DNA from: Rickettsiales bacterium
GTDB taxonomy: Bacteria > Pseudomonadota > Alphaproteobacteria > Rickettsiales > UBA998
Direction of reading: 5' to 3'
Length of the DNA stretch: 64,000 nucleotides
Assembly: GCA_028279475.1 (NCBI GenBank)
Contig: JANQNR010000005.1
Location: forward strand, 6,459 to 70,458
In this document: positions 9,047 to 19,338 of the stretch, in pieces
Numbering within the stretch: the stretch's first letter is position 1
Layout of the letters: each line of letters starts with the position of its first letter
Program-made: the position numbers and the translations under genes
The notes under the pieces: generated by a model
The model's input: only the letters and a program-made list of their open reading frames with translations
What the model was told of the DNA's origin: nothing
Database searches by the model: none

Positions 9047-10759
9047 ATGAATAGTCAAAGCACCGATTTCAGCGATCCCTATCTGCGTGAGGGACAAACC
9101 TTTCCTACCTTGAGCCATGAGCAGATCAGACGTGCTGAAGTTTTTGGTGCAGTTGAGTCACTATCCAAGGGCACTATCCTGTTTGAGCGCGGTGAGCGGG
9201 CGGTGGATTTCTTTATCGTTAAACAAGGCACGATCGAAATTTATGCCCACCGGCGTGATGGCGGAGATGACATTATTCATACCCATAAGGCCTGCCAGTT
9301 CACCGGCGAAGTTGATTTGTTCAATCACCGCCAGATTTTGGTCGGTGGACGCATGGGAGAAGAGGGAAAGGTTGTGCGTATCAATCGGGAGAGTTTCCGC
9401 AAACTTCTGTCTGCTGAACCCGACATTGGTGAAGTGATCATCCGTGCCTTTATTTTACGTCGCACGGCTCTCATTAAGCATAAGCAAGGAGGTGTCACAC
9501 TACTGAGCATGGGACAGAACGCTGACAGCGTACGGATTTCACGTTTCATTCGGCGCAATGGTTATCCGCTTGAAGAAATGGATTGTAGTCTGGAGGTGTG
9601 CGATGAAACACTGGAGAATCTCGAATTGGATAAAACCCAACTTCCCGCCGTACATCTGCATTTAGATGAGCGCGTGCTGACGAACCCCACAAATTATGAG
9701 CTGGCGGAAGCGCTCGGGCTGCGAGAGCCCATTGATACCGGGCATGTGTTTGATGTAGCGATTGTAGGTGGTGGTCCGGCAGGTCTCTCAGCAGCCACCT
9801 ATGCCGCTTCTGAAGGTCTCAACACTATTTTGCTGGAAGCGGAAGCACCAGGCGGTCAGGCGAGTACCAGTTCAAAGATTGAAAACTATTTGGGATTCCC
9901 CACCGGTATTTCCGGGCAGGCATTGGCGGGTAGGGCGCAGATGCAGGCCATGAAATTCGGTGCTACCATTGCGCTTCCCCATAAGGTCGTTAATATCGAT
10001 GGTATCGGGCGCCGCCCGTATTGTTTGCAACTCTGTGACAAGGATTGCCATTCCATGACGGTGCAATCAAAAACCGTCGTTGTGGCCACCGGTGCCTCTT
10101 ATCGTCGTCTGGATTTGGAGAACGCACGTGCATATGATAATGAGGGGTGCTATTACGCGGCCACTAATATGGAAGGTGAGCTGTGTCGCGGTGAAGAAAT
10201 TATTGTTGTCGGAGGAGGAAATTCGGCGGGTCAGGCAGCAGTGTATTTGGCGTCGCAGGCAAAACATGTGCACTTGCTTATTCGCCGTGATTCTTTGGAT
10301 GCGACGATGTCAAATTATCTGATTCGCCGCATCCATTCCGGTGATAAAATTACGCTGCATACGGAAGTCGAGATTACCGGTCTGCGCGGTGAACCTCACT
10401 TAGAAGAGGTGACCTGGACGCACCGCAAAACAGGCGACGTCACTACCAAACCAATTCGCCGTGTATTCCTGATGATTGGGGCAACCCCCAACACTGAGTG
10501 GCTACATGGTTGCGTGGAGTTGGATGCAAAGGGATTTATTCATACCGGCCTGCAGGTGAACGATCACCGTAGTTTTGTGGAAGGAGATGCACCGATGATG
10601 CTGGAAAGCAGTCAGCCGGGTATTTTTGCCGTCGGTGATGTGCGTGCTGGTTCAATCAAACGTGTTGCTTCAGCAGTGGGCGAGGGTTCCATGGCCATCA
10701 GTCATGTGCATCAGCGATTGGCCGAAATGATCGTTGAGAACAATAAGCAAGTCGCTTAA
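9047..10759 (+). CDS. Cyclic-nucleotide-binding domain fused to a thioredoxin-reductase-like FAD/NAD(P) oxidoreductase that lacks the redox CxxC
   Basis: N-terminal CAP_ED-like segment (GTILFERGERAVDFFIVKQGTIEIY...). Flavoprotein motifs VAIVGGGPAGLSAA, IIVVGGGNSAGQAA and GIFAVGDV. The position equivalent to E. coli TrxB ...ACATCDG... reads ...YYAATNMEG..., so both Cys are absent. The ATG at 9047 has AGGGAGA upstream; the ORF track starts at GTG 9023. Confidence 0.8.
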   Translation: MNSQSTDFSDPYLREGQTFPTLSHEQIRRAEVFGAVESLSKGTILFERGERAVDFFIVKQGTIEIYAHRRDGGDDIIHTHKACQFTGEVDLFNHRQILVGGRMGEEGKVVRINRESFRKLLSAEPDIGEVIIRAFILRRTALIKHKQGGVTLLSMGQNADSVRISRFIRRNGYPLEEMDCSLEVCDETLENLELDKTQLPAVHLHLDERVLTNPTNYELAEALGLREPIDTGHVFDVAIVGGGPAGLSAATYAASEGLNTILLEAEAPGGQASTSSKIENYLGFPTGISGQALAGRAQMQAMKFGATIALPHKVVNIDGIGRRPYCLQLCDKDCHSMTVQSKTVVVATGASYRRLDLENARAYDNEGCYYAATNMEGELCRGEEIIVVGGGNSAGQAAVYLASQAKHVHLLIRRDSLDATMSNYLIRRIHSGDKITLHTEVEITGLRGEPHLEEVTWTHRKTGDVTTKPIRRVFLMIGATPNTEWLHGCVELDAKGFIHTGLQVNDHRSFVEGDAPMMLESSQPGIFAVGDVRAGSIKRVASAVGEGSMAISHVHQRLAEMIVENNKQVA

Positions 10760-10800
10760 GTGTTTTTATAGCCGATTCGTTTCAATCGGGAATCGAAACG

Positions 10801-11106
10801 CTATTTCCCGAAATTTTCAGGCTGCGGCAATATCTGGTAACTGTCAAACGTTTCACGTTGTTGTGCTGAGGAGGTCGCCACTGGTTGACACGTTACCTGC
10901 ATGGCTTCCGGTGCGATGGATGCCTGCCCCAGTACGGCTTGATAACCGGTAGGGCAATGGCAGATAAATTGCTCGTCACATACTGCGACCGGCAGCTTGC
11001 TTTCCTGGGAAATGACAAACTGGTAGCGCACGTTCGGCGGTGTGACGTCGTGCACACCAATCTGTAAAACCATCAGCGCTGATGCAAGTATGATGGACAT
11101 GAACAC
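10801..11106 (-). CDS. Hypothetical small secreted protein (101 aa)
   Basis: N-terminal hydrophobic signal-like segment MFMSIILASALMVLQIG. No recognisable motif, and the coding status is not certain. Confidence 0.4.
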   Translation of the reverse strand: MFMSIILASALMVLQIGVHDVTPPNVRYQFVISQESKLPVAVCDEQFICHCPTGYQAVLGQASIAPEAMQVTCQPVATSSAQQRETFDSYQILPQPENFGK

Positions 11107-11221
11107 TCCTTTTGCATTTGTTCTATTTTCGTAGAGAACAACTCTTTATAACACTTCTCAGTCATTTCTACACAAAAATTTTGGCAGAAACGATGATCAA
11201 CCGGATCGTATCATTATGGCG

Positions 11222-11743
11222 TTACTTTGCTGCCGGGGCAATGATCATGATCATCTGGCGGCCTTCTAGCTTCGGTGCATGCTCCACTTTGATGGTATCG
11301 CCCAGTTCCTCGCGAATTTCATTTAACAGTTTGAGTCCCAGCTCCTGATGTGACATCTCCCGGCCACGGAAGCGTAGCGTCACTTTTACCTTGTCTCCGG
11401 CATCCAAGAATTTACGGACATTGCGCATTTTGACATCCAGATCGTGCCGATCGATCGTGGGGCGTACCTTGACCTCTTTGATATGGATGACTTTCTGCTT
11501 TTTACGTGCCTCGTTGGCGCGTTTTTGCTGCATGTATTTGTATTTACCGTAATCCAGCACCTTGCACACAGGAGGCTCGGCATTGGGAGATACTTCCACC
11601 AAGTCCAGCCCGGCGGATTTTGCCAGGTTTAACCCTTCTTCCAGACTCACGACGCCGACCATGTCGCCATCCGCGTTGATCACTCGAATTTTAGGCGCGC
11701 GTATGTTTTTGTTGATACGCGGCTCTTTGCTATTAGCGCTCAT
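11222..11743 (-). CDS. infC: Translation initiation factor IF-3
   Basis: [62 protein letters not shown]...[18 protein letters not shown] is a canonical IF3. Confidence 0.95.
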   Translation of the reverse strand: MSANSKEPRINKNIRAPKIRVINADGDMVGVVSLEEGLNLAKSAGLDLVEVSPNAEPPVCKVLDYGKYKYMQQKRANEARKKQKVIHIKEVKVRPTIDRHDLDVKMRNVRKFLDAGDKVKVTLRFRGREMSHQELGLKLLNEIREELGDTIKVEHAPKLEGRQMIMIIAPAAK

Positions 11744-11923
11744 AAGCTACAAACAATCTCATAAAATATCATACTCCCAAACGGATTAAGTGGTAATCGT
11801 AGCGCCAGACGCTTAACATTTAATTAAGCGAAGCGCAAGGCTGAAATGTCTTGGCACCTCAAGATCATGACATTAAAACAGCGCTCGCCATCGTATGCAA
11901 AATGCGGTAATAGTCTGATTCTG

Positions 11924-14893
11924 ATGCAGGATAATACACAGAATCAGGCAACCGATGCAACGATTGACGTGCAGGAAGTCGCAGAGCACGCGGTAGAGGT
12001 GGCGGAGCCTCGCCGTCGTGCAGGGCGCGTCTCCCGCTATCTGTTGCGCCCGCTCTTCTGGATTGCCAGCCTTGGAGTGACAGGGGTGGCCGTAGGTGCC
12101 GTGGCGGTGCTGGCAATATTTCACATTTACAGCAAAGATTTGCCGGATAGTGGCAGTCTGGCCGATTATCAGCCAGCAGGGATGACGCGACTGTATGCCA
12201 ATGATGGTTCGTTGCTGGCAGAGTATGCCACCGAGCGGCGTATTTTCGTGCCGTTTGAAGAAATTCCACGCCATGTGATTCAGGCGTTTATCGCTGCGGA
12301 AGACCAGAATTTTTATCAGCATCGTGGTATTGATCCCAGCGGTATTCTGCGTGCCTTTCTCAAGAATATTCGCAATTACGGCGCGAATGAACGTTCGTTG
12401 GTAGGGGGGTCAACGATTACACAGCAGGTAGTGAAAAACTTTCTGTTGACGCGCGAGAAGTCGATCGATCGTAAGATCAAAGAGGCGATTTTGGCGTTAC
12501 GCATTACTCAGAATTATAGCAAGGATCGTATCTTAGAGCTCTATCTCAATGAAATTTATCTGGGGATGGGAGCCTATGGAGTGGCGGCTGCTAGCCTGGA
12601 ATATTTTGGCAAGGAACCGCACGCGCTTTCTACGGAGGAAGTCGCATTGCTAGCCGCTATGCCAAAGGCTCCCGCTTATTACGATCCGCATAAACGCCCG
12701 GAAGAAGCGCTGGAACGTCGCAATTATGTGCTGACGCGTATGCATGAGGATGGGTATATCAATGATGCGGAATATGAGCGGACGATGGCCACCCCGCTGG
12801 GGGTACGCGAAGAGCGGTTTCGCGGCGAGATTCGGGCACCGTTCTTTTCAGAGGAAGTGCGTCGCTCCGTGCTGCGGGATTACGGCAAAGATAATTTGTA
12901 CAAGGGGAATCTCTATATCACGACGACGGTTGACCCCAGGGCGCAGGCGATGATGGATCGAGCCTATCGGCAGGCCTTGCGCACCTATGATCGTCGGCAT
13001 GGCTATCGGGGTGCGATAGCGCAGCTGGAGTCACTGGATGGCTGGCTGGAGGCCGTTTCGGCTTTAGAGAAAACGACGCCGCTGATTGAAGAGCAACGTC
13101 TAGCGGTGGTGTTGGAATTGAAAAAAAGGCATGCCGTACTTGGGTTTGCAGATGAAAGAGTGGCGGATGCTGAGGAGGCGCTGGTTGATGAAGCGGAAGC
13201 GCTGACGGTGATCCCGGAAGCGTCAGATGAAACAATGCAGGAGCCGGAATATGTCCAGGGCACTTTGCCAACCAAGGCACTGGCATGGGCGCGTCCGCGC
13301 CGTCCATCCGGAGCATTGGGCGCCGTTCCAAAGAAACCCGGTGATATTTTGAAGGTAAAGGATGTTGTGCTGGTGGCACCGCATGGCGATACCTCGGAGC
13401 AGTGGGCATTAGAGCAAATCCCCGAGGTCAGCGGGGCGATGGTTGCTATGCGACCGGATACCGGTGAAGTGGTAGCGATGACGGGAGGGTACAGCTTTGC
13501 TGAGAGCGAGTTTAACCGGGCGACGCAGGCGCGGCGTCAGCCGGGTTCCGCGTTCAAGCCCTTCGTCTATATGGCAGCGATGGAGCGTGGGTTTACGCCA
13601 AGTTCCATTGTCGTGGATGCGCCGATTGAAGTGGAGCAGGGGCCAGGCAAACCGTTATGGCGCCCACAAAACTATGGAGGCGATTTTCTAGGGCCAACCA
13701 CACTAAGGGTCGGGTTGGAAAAATCACGCAATGTGATGACTGTGCATTTGGCACAGATGCTGGGGCTGGACGCCGTGGCGCATGTAGGGGAAAGACTTGG
13801 CGTGTATGATAATTTACCGCCGAATTATGCAAACGTATTGGGCGCGCAAGAGACCACGGTCATGCGGTTGGCTGCAGCTTATTCAATGCTGGCGAATGGC
13901 GGGTTGAAAGTTGTACCAACCCTGATTAAGCGGATTGATGACGCCAAAGGACATACTATATACCGAGCAGATACACGGGAATGTACTCACTGTAATACAG
14001 AGCAGGGTGGACTGAAACAGCGGCTCAAACGTCCACCGGAAATTCCCGATGCCCGTGAACGCGTAATTGATCCCCGCATTGCCTATCAGATGGTGTCGCT
14101 ATTGCGGGGTGTCGTGCAGCGTGGTACGGCAACGCGGGCTAACACGCTTGGGTTTGAAGTAGCCGGTAAGACGGGGACGACCAATGACAGTCGCGATGCC
14201 TGGTTCATGGGGATGACCCAGGATCTGGTGGTAGGCACCTATATCGGATTTGATAAGCCACGCGGGATGGGACGGCGTGAAACCGGCGGACGTGTGGCAT
14301 TGCCTGCCTTCATTGACTTTATGAAAGCCTATTATAAAGATGCACCGCCACCGGATTTTGTCAAGCCGGAGGGAGTATTGGAAATTGCCGTGGATCGCTA
14401 CACCGGGGTGCCACCGTTACCATGGCAGCCCTCCGAACAGATCATCACGGAAACCTTTGTCACCGGCGGGTCTATTTTTATTCCCGGTGAAGATATTGCA
14501 TATGTGCCTCCGGACGCATTGCAGGAGGAGCAGAATGAAGACGGGTTTGTCGATTATGATGCCGGTAATGAAGCGTATCGATCGCGGCAGGCATTTGAGG
14601 AAGAATATTACCGGCAGCAACAGACCGGCTATGATCGTCAACAGGGTGGTATCGTGCATTCGCAGCCACAATATTATGGCTATACACCAGTGACTCCGCA
14701 AGGGCAGGCGGCACCCCCGGATTCAGCTCACTCACAGCCACCTACTCAGCCAGATAACCCATGGACAGGGCAACAGCAGCGCATGCCACCGGCGCATCCG
14801 CAGCAGCGCGAACGGCGGCGTTATGACGATTACCGGCGTCCGTCAACACGCGCCCGCCCTCCGGTGGATTCCGGTACAGGGGGGCTATACTAG
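11924..14893 (+). CDS. mrcA: Penicillin-binding protein 1A (bifunctional transglycosylase/transpeptidase) with a Q/P/Y-rich C-terminal tail
   Basis: GT51 motifs EDQNFYQHRGID and GGSTITQQ. Transpeptidase motifs SAFKP (SxxK) and KTGTTN. Start is uncertain: the ORF opens at 11846, but I chose ATG 11924 (MQDNTQ...), upstream of the TM segment. Confidence 0.9.
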   Translation: MQDNTQNQATDATIDVQEVAEHAVEVAEPRRRAGRVSRYLLRPLFWIASLGVTGVAVGAVAVLAIFHIYSKDLPDSGSLADYQPAGMTRLYANDGSLLAEYATERRIFVPFEEIPRHVIQAFIAAEDQNFYQHRGIDPSGILRAFLKNIRNYGANERSLVGGSTITQQVVKNFLLTREKSIDRKIKEAILALRITQNYSKDRILELYLNEIYLGMGAYGVAAASLEYFGKEPHALSTEEVALLAAMPKAPAYYDPHKRPEEALERRNYVLTRMHEDGYINDAEYERTMATPLGVREERFRGEIRAPFFSEEVRRSVLRDYGKDNLYKGNLYITTTVDPRAQAMMDRAYRQALRTYDRRHGYRGAIAQLESLDGWLEAVSALEKTTPLIEEQRLAVVLELKKRHAVLGFADERVADAEEALVDEAEALTVIPEASDETMQEPEYVQGTLPTKALAWARPRRPSGALGAVPKKPGDILKVKDVVLVAPHGDTSEQWALEQIPEVSGAMVAMRPDTGEVVAMTGGYSFAESEFNRATQARRQPGSAFKPFVYMAAMERGFTPSSIVVDAPIEVEQGPGKPLWRPQNYGGDFLGPTTLRVGLEKSRNVMTVHLAQMLGLDAVAHVGERLGVYDNLPPNYANVLGAQETTVMRLAAAYSMLANGGLKVVPTLIKRIDDAKGHTIYRADTRECTHCNTEQGGLKQRLKRPPEIPDARERVIDPRIAYQMVSLLRGVVQRGTATRANTLGFEVAGKTGTTNDSRDAWFMGMTQDLVVGTYIGFDKPRGMGRRETGGRVALPAFIDFMKAYYKDAPPPDFVKPEGVLEIAVDRYTGVPPLPWQPSEQIITETFVTGGSIFIPGEDIAYVPPDALQEEQNEDGFVDYDAGNEAYRSRQAFEEEYYRQQQTGYDRQQGGIVHSQPQYYGYTPVTPQGQAAPPDSAHSQPPTQPDNPWTGQQQRMPPAHPQQRERRRYDDYRRPSTRARPPVDSGTGGLY

Positions 14894-14906
14894 GCTCTGT
14901 TGACGT

Positions 14907-16217
14907 ATGGTGATGGCTGATTTATTTCCTATACTTGATAATTCTGTCACCAATGAAGCAGCACCGCGCCCATTGCCGGATCGATTGCGCCCCAGCGTTT
15001 TGTCCGATGTGGCTGGGCAGGAGCATTTAATCGCGCAGGGCATGCCGTTGCAGCATATGGTGGAAAGCGGCAGGATCACGTCCATGATTCTCTGGGGACC
15101 GCCGGGATGCGGCAAGACGACGTTAGCGCGCATTATTGCCGAGAACTCCGGCTTACATTTCGAACAACTTTCTGCCATCTTTGCTGGTGTGAAAGACTTA
15201 AAAGCTGTTTTCGATGCGGCTCGCATCAGACGACAGAATGGAAAGCAGACGCTTTTATTTGTCGATGAAATTCACCGTTTTATGAAGTCTCAACAGGATG
15301 CGTTTTTACCGGTGGTGGAGGACGGTACGATTATTCTGATTGGTGCTACGACCGAAAATCCTTCCTTTGAATTGAATGCGGCACTGCTGTCCCGCTGCCA
15401 GGTATTGGTGCTGAAGCGTTTGAGTGATGAGGCGCTGGAGACCCTGCTGCAACGGGCGGAGGTCGCAGAAGCGCGTGATCTGCCCTTAACCGATCAAGCC
15501 CGAGAACTGCTTAAAACACTGGCGGATGGTGATGGGCGGTATATCCTGTCCATGGCCGAGCAGGTATTGGGGCAGGCCGACTTGCTGGACGCTGAAGGGC
15601 TCATGACTCTGGTACAAAGGCGGGCACCGCTTTACGACAAGAAGGATGATGGTCATTACAACCTGATTTCCGCCTTACATAAATCAGTTCGGGGAAGTGA
15701 TCCCGATGCCGCTCTATACTGGTTTGCACGGATGCTTGCCGGGGGGGAGGATCCACATTTTGTCGCACGGCGGATGACCCGCATGGCGACAGAAGATATT
15801 GGTCTTGCCGACCCACAGGCTTTGCCGCAGTGTATTGCTGCATGGGAAGCATATGAGCGTCTGGGTAGCCCTGAGGGAGAATTAGCGTTAGCACAGGCGC
15901 TGATCTATCTGGCCACCGCCCCAAAATCAACAGCAGTCTATAAAGGATTTGGAAAAGTGCAGAAGATAGCAAAAGAAACAGGTTCCCTAATGCCGCCGAA
16001 ACATATCCTGAATGCCCCCACGAAGCTTATGAGTGAACAGGGCTACAGCGAAGGGTATATATACGATCCCGACACGCCGGAGAGTTTTTCCGGGCAGGAC
16101 TATTTTCCGGAAGAAACGGGACGCCTGTCATTCTACCGCCCCGTTCAGCGTGGCTTTGAACGGGAAATCCGGAAGCGTCTGGATTATTGGGAAAATCTTA
16201 GAACTTATAAGAATTAG
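14907..16217 (+). CDS. rarA: Replication-associated recombination protein A (MgsA/RarA AAA+ ATPase)
   Basis: Walker [12 protein letters not shown], Walker [11 protein letters not shown], and the C-terminal MgsA signature [23 protein letters not shown]. Confidence 0.95.
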   Translation: MVMADLFPILDNSVTNEAAPRPLPDRLRPSVLSDVAGQEHLIAQGMPLQHMVESGRITSMILWGPPGCGKTTLARIIAENSGLHFEQLSAIFAGVKDLKAVFDAARIRRQNGKQTLLFVDEIHRFMKSQQDAFLPVVEDGTIILIGATTENPSFELNAALLSRCQVLVLKRLSDEALETLLQRAEVAEARDLPLTDQARELLKTLADGDGRYILSMAEQVLGQADLLDAEGLMTLVQRRAPLYDKKDDGHYNLISALHKSVRGSDPDAALYWFARMLAGGEDPHFVARRMTRMATEDIGLADPQALPQCIAAWEAYERLGSPEGELALAQALIYLATAPKSTAVYKGFGKVQKIAKETGSLMPPKHILNAPTKLMSEQGYSEGYIYDPDTPESFSGQDYFPEETGRLSFYRPVQRGFEREIRKRLDYWENLRTYKN

Positions 16218-19200
16218 AGGCCTGTTGCTTTCTGTGCCGACTCTTTCTGCAGTTGGCGGGCGACATCGCCAGGGGAACCGGTATTGCGTGCGATGAGTGC
16301 ATAGGCAACCGGTACAATGAACAGGGTGAAAAATGTTGCGGTGATGACGCCCGAAAAGACAACAATACCGATCACATCACGCGTTTCCGCGCCTGCGCCT
16401 GAGGATAAGAGAAGCGGAATAGAACCGGCAGCCGTGGTAATGCCGGTCATGACAATGGGACGTAGGCGTACCTCGCATGCTTTTTTCAATGCGGCATCAA
16501 ATGCAACGCCCTGATCTCGAAGCTGATTCGCGAATTCGACAATGAGAATGCCGTTTTTTGCGGATAATCCGACCAGCATGATTAATCCGATCTGACTGTA
16601 CAGATTCAGTGTTGCGCCGGTGATCCATAAACCCAGTAGTCCCCCGGCCATTGACAGAGGTACGGTCAGCATGATGACCAGCGGATGCACATAGCTTTCA
16701 AACTGTGCCGCCAATACCAGAAATACCATGACAATACCCAGCATGAATACAAACGCAATCGAATCGCCGGCATATTGATAGTCCTGACTTTGTCCTTTGT
16801 AATCAATGGTAAGACTCTGATCTCCCAGATGATCTTTAACCAGCGCATTCATATAGTCAATTGCCTCCCCCAACGAATAGCCATCTGCCAGATTGGCTTC
16901 CAGCGTGATAGCGCGTACGCGGTTATAACGATTTAATGCCTTGGAATCGGCGAATTCCCTTAACGTAATCAGATTGGAAAGAGGGATTAATTCGTTGCTG
17001 CGTTCTGAGCGGACATAGATATTTTGCATATCGGTTGGACTACGCTGCTCAGAACGTTCTCCCTCCAGTAATACATCATATTCTTCTCCGTCATCGATAT
17101 AGGTGGTGACCTGACGCGAACCGAGCATGGTTTCCAATGTACGACCGATATTGGAGAGCGTCACCCCAAGTTCTGCCGCGCGGTTATAATCTACCTGCAC
17201 CTCTAACTGCGGTTTAGTCTCTTTGTAATCCCAGTCCAGTCCAACAAGCCCAGGATTATCGTTATTGATCTGTTCTATTAATATGTCCCGTGCATTGGCC
17301 AATTGCTCATAGGTGCCTCCACCAATGACGAATTGTAATGGTTTCTGGATGGAGCCGCCAAACCCCTGTCGCATCACAGGGAACGCTTTCACTCCGGGTA
17401 GATCCGCGAGTTTACCCCGTAGTTCATTCATAATGACGAACGCGCTGCGACGTTGGCTCCAGTCATTGAGCACGGAAATAACAATGCCGGTGTTGAAGCT
17501 CTCATAGTTATTAAACGTACGCGGTGCGCGTACCAGCAATCGTGTAATTTCTCCGTTTTCCACATAGGGCATCATCCGCCGTTCAATTTCATCCATATAG
17601 CCTTTAATGTAATCATACGATGCGCCTTCCGGACCATTGACAATGACAAAGAAAGCGCCCCGGTCTTCTCTCGGTGCGTATTCGCTGGGTATATCTGCGT
17701 ACATCAGGGCAGCGAGTCCCAGCAGGATGAAAAAGCCGGCCATTGCCTTCGCGGGTCTTTTCAGCAACCAATCCAGCCAATGCATGTACCTGGTTTGCAT
17801 GTGGTGGAATTGCCTGTTTATCCACAGGCTTGCCGCATTGATCTGATCTGTGGTGTCATGCCTGAGCAGTTTGGAGGCCAGCATCGGTGACAGGCTGAGC
17901 GCAACGATTGTGGAAAATGCGATAGCGGCGGCCATCGTTAGGGCGAACTCGGAGAAGAGTCTGCCAATATCTCCTTGCAGGAACGCAATGGGAACAAAGA
18001 CGGCGACCAACACCAGCGACGTGGCAATAACAGCAAACCCGACCTGACGTGCGCCGTGATAGGCAGCAATTAAAGGGGGTTCGCCTTCCTGTTCCATGCG
18101 ACGATAAATGTTTTCCAGCATGACAATGGCATCGTCGACAACCATTCCAATGGCGAGCACCAGTGCCAGCAGCGTTAACAGGTTGATCGAAAAACCAAGC
18201 ACCAGCAATACCGTACAGCTTGCCACCAGTGAGACAGGTACGGTGACTGCCGGTATGAGCATGGCACGCACATTTCCCAGAAACAGATAGACGACGGTTA
18301 ACACCAGAATGATGGCAATCAGCAGAGTCTTGTAGACTTCATAGATTGCCCCTTCGATAAACACGGAGGTATCATAGCTTTGTTTGATGGCCATCCCTTC
18401 GGGCAATGTCGGATTGATGCGATCCTTGAGTGCTCTTGCCGCGCGCGCCACATCAATCGTATTGGCTGTGGATTGCTTGATAATTCCAAGCCCTACCATG
18501 GGGACTTCATTGCCCCGAAAGAACAGGCGTTCTTCTTCCGTCCCCTTTTCCACGCGCGCGACGTCTCCCAACCGCACCAGATAACCCCCTTCGCCACGAT
18601 GAATCACGAGTTCGCTAAATGATTGCGGACTTTTGAACTGGCGCTGGGTGCGAACAGTAAACTGGCGATCCACGCTCTCAATAGAGCCGGCGGGCAACTC
18701 AACATTCTCTTCACGCAATGCTTCTTCAATATCATTTGCCGTTAGTCCGCGTGCAGCCATGGCAGAACGGTCAAGCCACAGACGCATGGCAAACCGCTGA
18801 CCACCGCCAATCCTGACGCGTGCCACGCCGTCCAGCACTGAGAATCGATCGACCAGGAAACGTTCGGCATAATCGGTTAATTCGGGCACGGAAAGGTTAT
18901 TGCTTACCAGATTGAGCCACATGATGACATCATCGTTGGAATCAACTTTCTGAATTTCCGGTGGGTTTGCCTCTTCCGGTAGTTCATCCAGTACGGCAGA
19001 CACACGATCCCGTACATCATTGGCCGCCGCATCGACATCACGCCCGGACTGAAATTCAATGGTGATGGAAGACTGGCCATCTTCGCTGGTTGATTCAATA
19101 AAACTGATGCCTTCCACCCCGGCAATACGTTCTTCGATGACTTGCGTAATCCGTGTTTCCACTACATTTGCTGCAGCACCGGGATACCCTACGACCACGG

Positions 19201-19336
19201 ATACGATGGGTGGATCGATGTCAGGATATTCCCGTAATGCAAGGCGGTCAAACGCCACAAGTCCGAAGGCAATCAACAGCAACGACAGTACCGATGCAAA
19301 GACCGGGCGTTTTACGGAAATATCCGACAACAACAT
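16214..19336 (-). CDS. RND efflux transporter permease (AcrB/AcrD/AcrF family)
   Basis: 1040 aa with 12-TM RND architecture and a typical N-terminus MLLSDISVKRPVFASVLSLLLIAFG. Its stop overlaps the rarA stop convergently. Confidence 0.95.
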   Translation of the reverse strand: MLLSDISVKRPVFASVLSLLLIAFGLVAFDRLALREYPDIDPPIVSVVVGYPGAAANVVETRITQVIEERIAGVEGISFIESTSEDGQSSITIEFQSGRDVDAAANDVRDRVSAVLDELPEEANPPEIQKVDSNDDVIMWLNLVSNNLSVPELTDYAERFLVDRFSVLDGVARVRIGGGQRFAMRLWLDRSAMAARGLTANDIEEALREENVELPAGSIESVDRQFTVRTQRQFKSPQSFSELVIHRGEGGYLVRLGDVARVEKGTEEERLFFRGNEVPMVGLGIIKQSTANTIDVARAARALKDRINPTLPEGMAIKQSYDTSVFIEGAIYEVYKTLLIAIILVLTVVYLFLGNVRAMLIPAVTVPVSLVASCTVLLVLGFSINLLTLLALVLAIGMVVDDAIVMLENIYRRMEQEGEPPLIAAYHGARQVGFAVIATSLVLVAVFVPIAFLQGDIGRLFSEFALTMAAAIAFSTIVALSLSPMLASKLLRHDTTDQINAASLWINRQFHHMQTRYMHWLDWLLKRPAKAMAGFFILLGLAALMYADIPSEYAPREDRGAFFVIVNGPEGASYDYIKGYMDEIERRMMPYVENGEITRLLVRAPRTFNNYESFNTGIVISVLNDWSQRRSAFVIMNELRGKLADLPGVKAFPVMRQGFGGSIQKPLQFVIGGGTYEQLANARDILIEQINNDNPGLVGLDWDYKETKPQLEVQVDYNRAAELGVTLSNIGRTLETMLGSRQVTTYIDDGEEYDVLLEGERSEQRSPTDMQNIYVRSERSNELIPLSNLITLREFADSKALNRYNRVRAITLEANLADGYSLGEAIDYMNALVKDHLGDQSLTIDYKGQSQDYQYAGDSIAFVFMLGIVMVFLVLAAQFESYVHPLVIMLTVPLSMAGGLLGLWITGATLNLYSQIGLIMLVGLSAKNGILIVEFANQLRDQGVAFDAALKKACEVRLRPIVMTGITTAAGSIPLLLSSGAGAETRDVIGIVVFSGVITATFFTLFIVPVAYALIARNTGSPGDVARQLQKESAQKATGL

Positions 19337-19338
19337 CG

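Noticed and set aside
10760-10800. Possible bidirectional terminator between the TrxR-like gene and the convergent small ORF
   Set aside because: There are only short alternative 6-bp stems (CCGATT/AATCGG and CGTTTC/GAAACG) and no T-tract, which is too weak to call.
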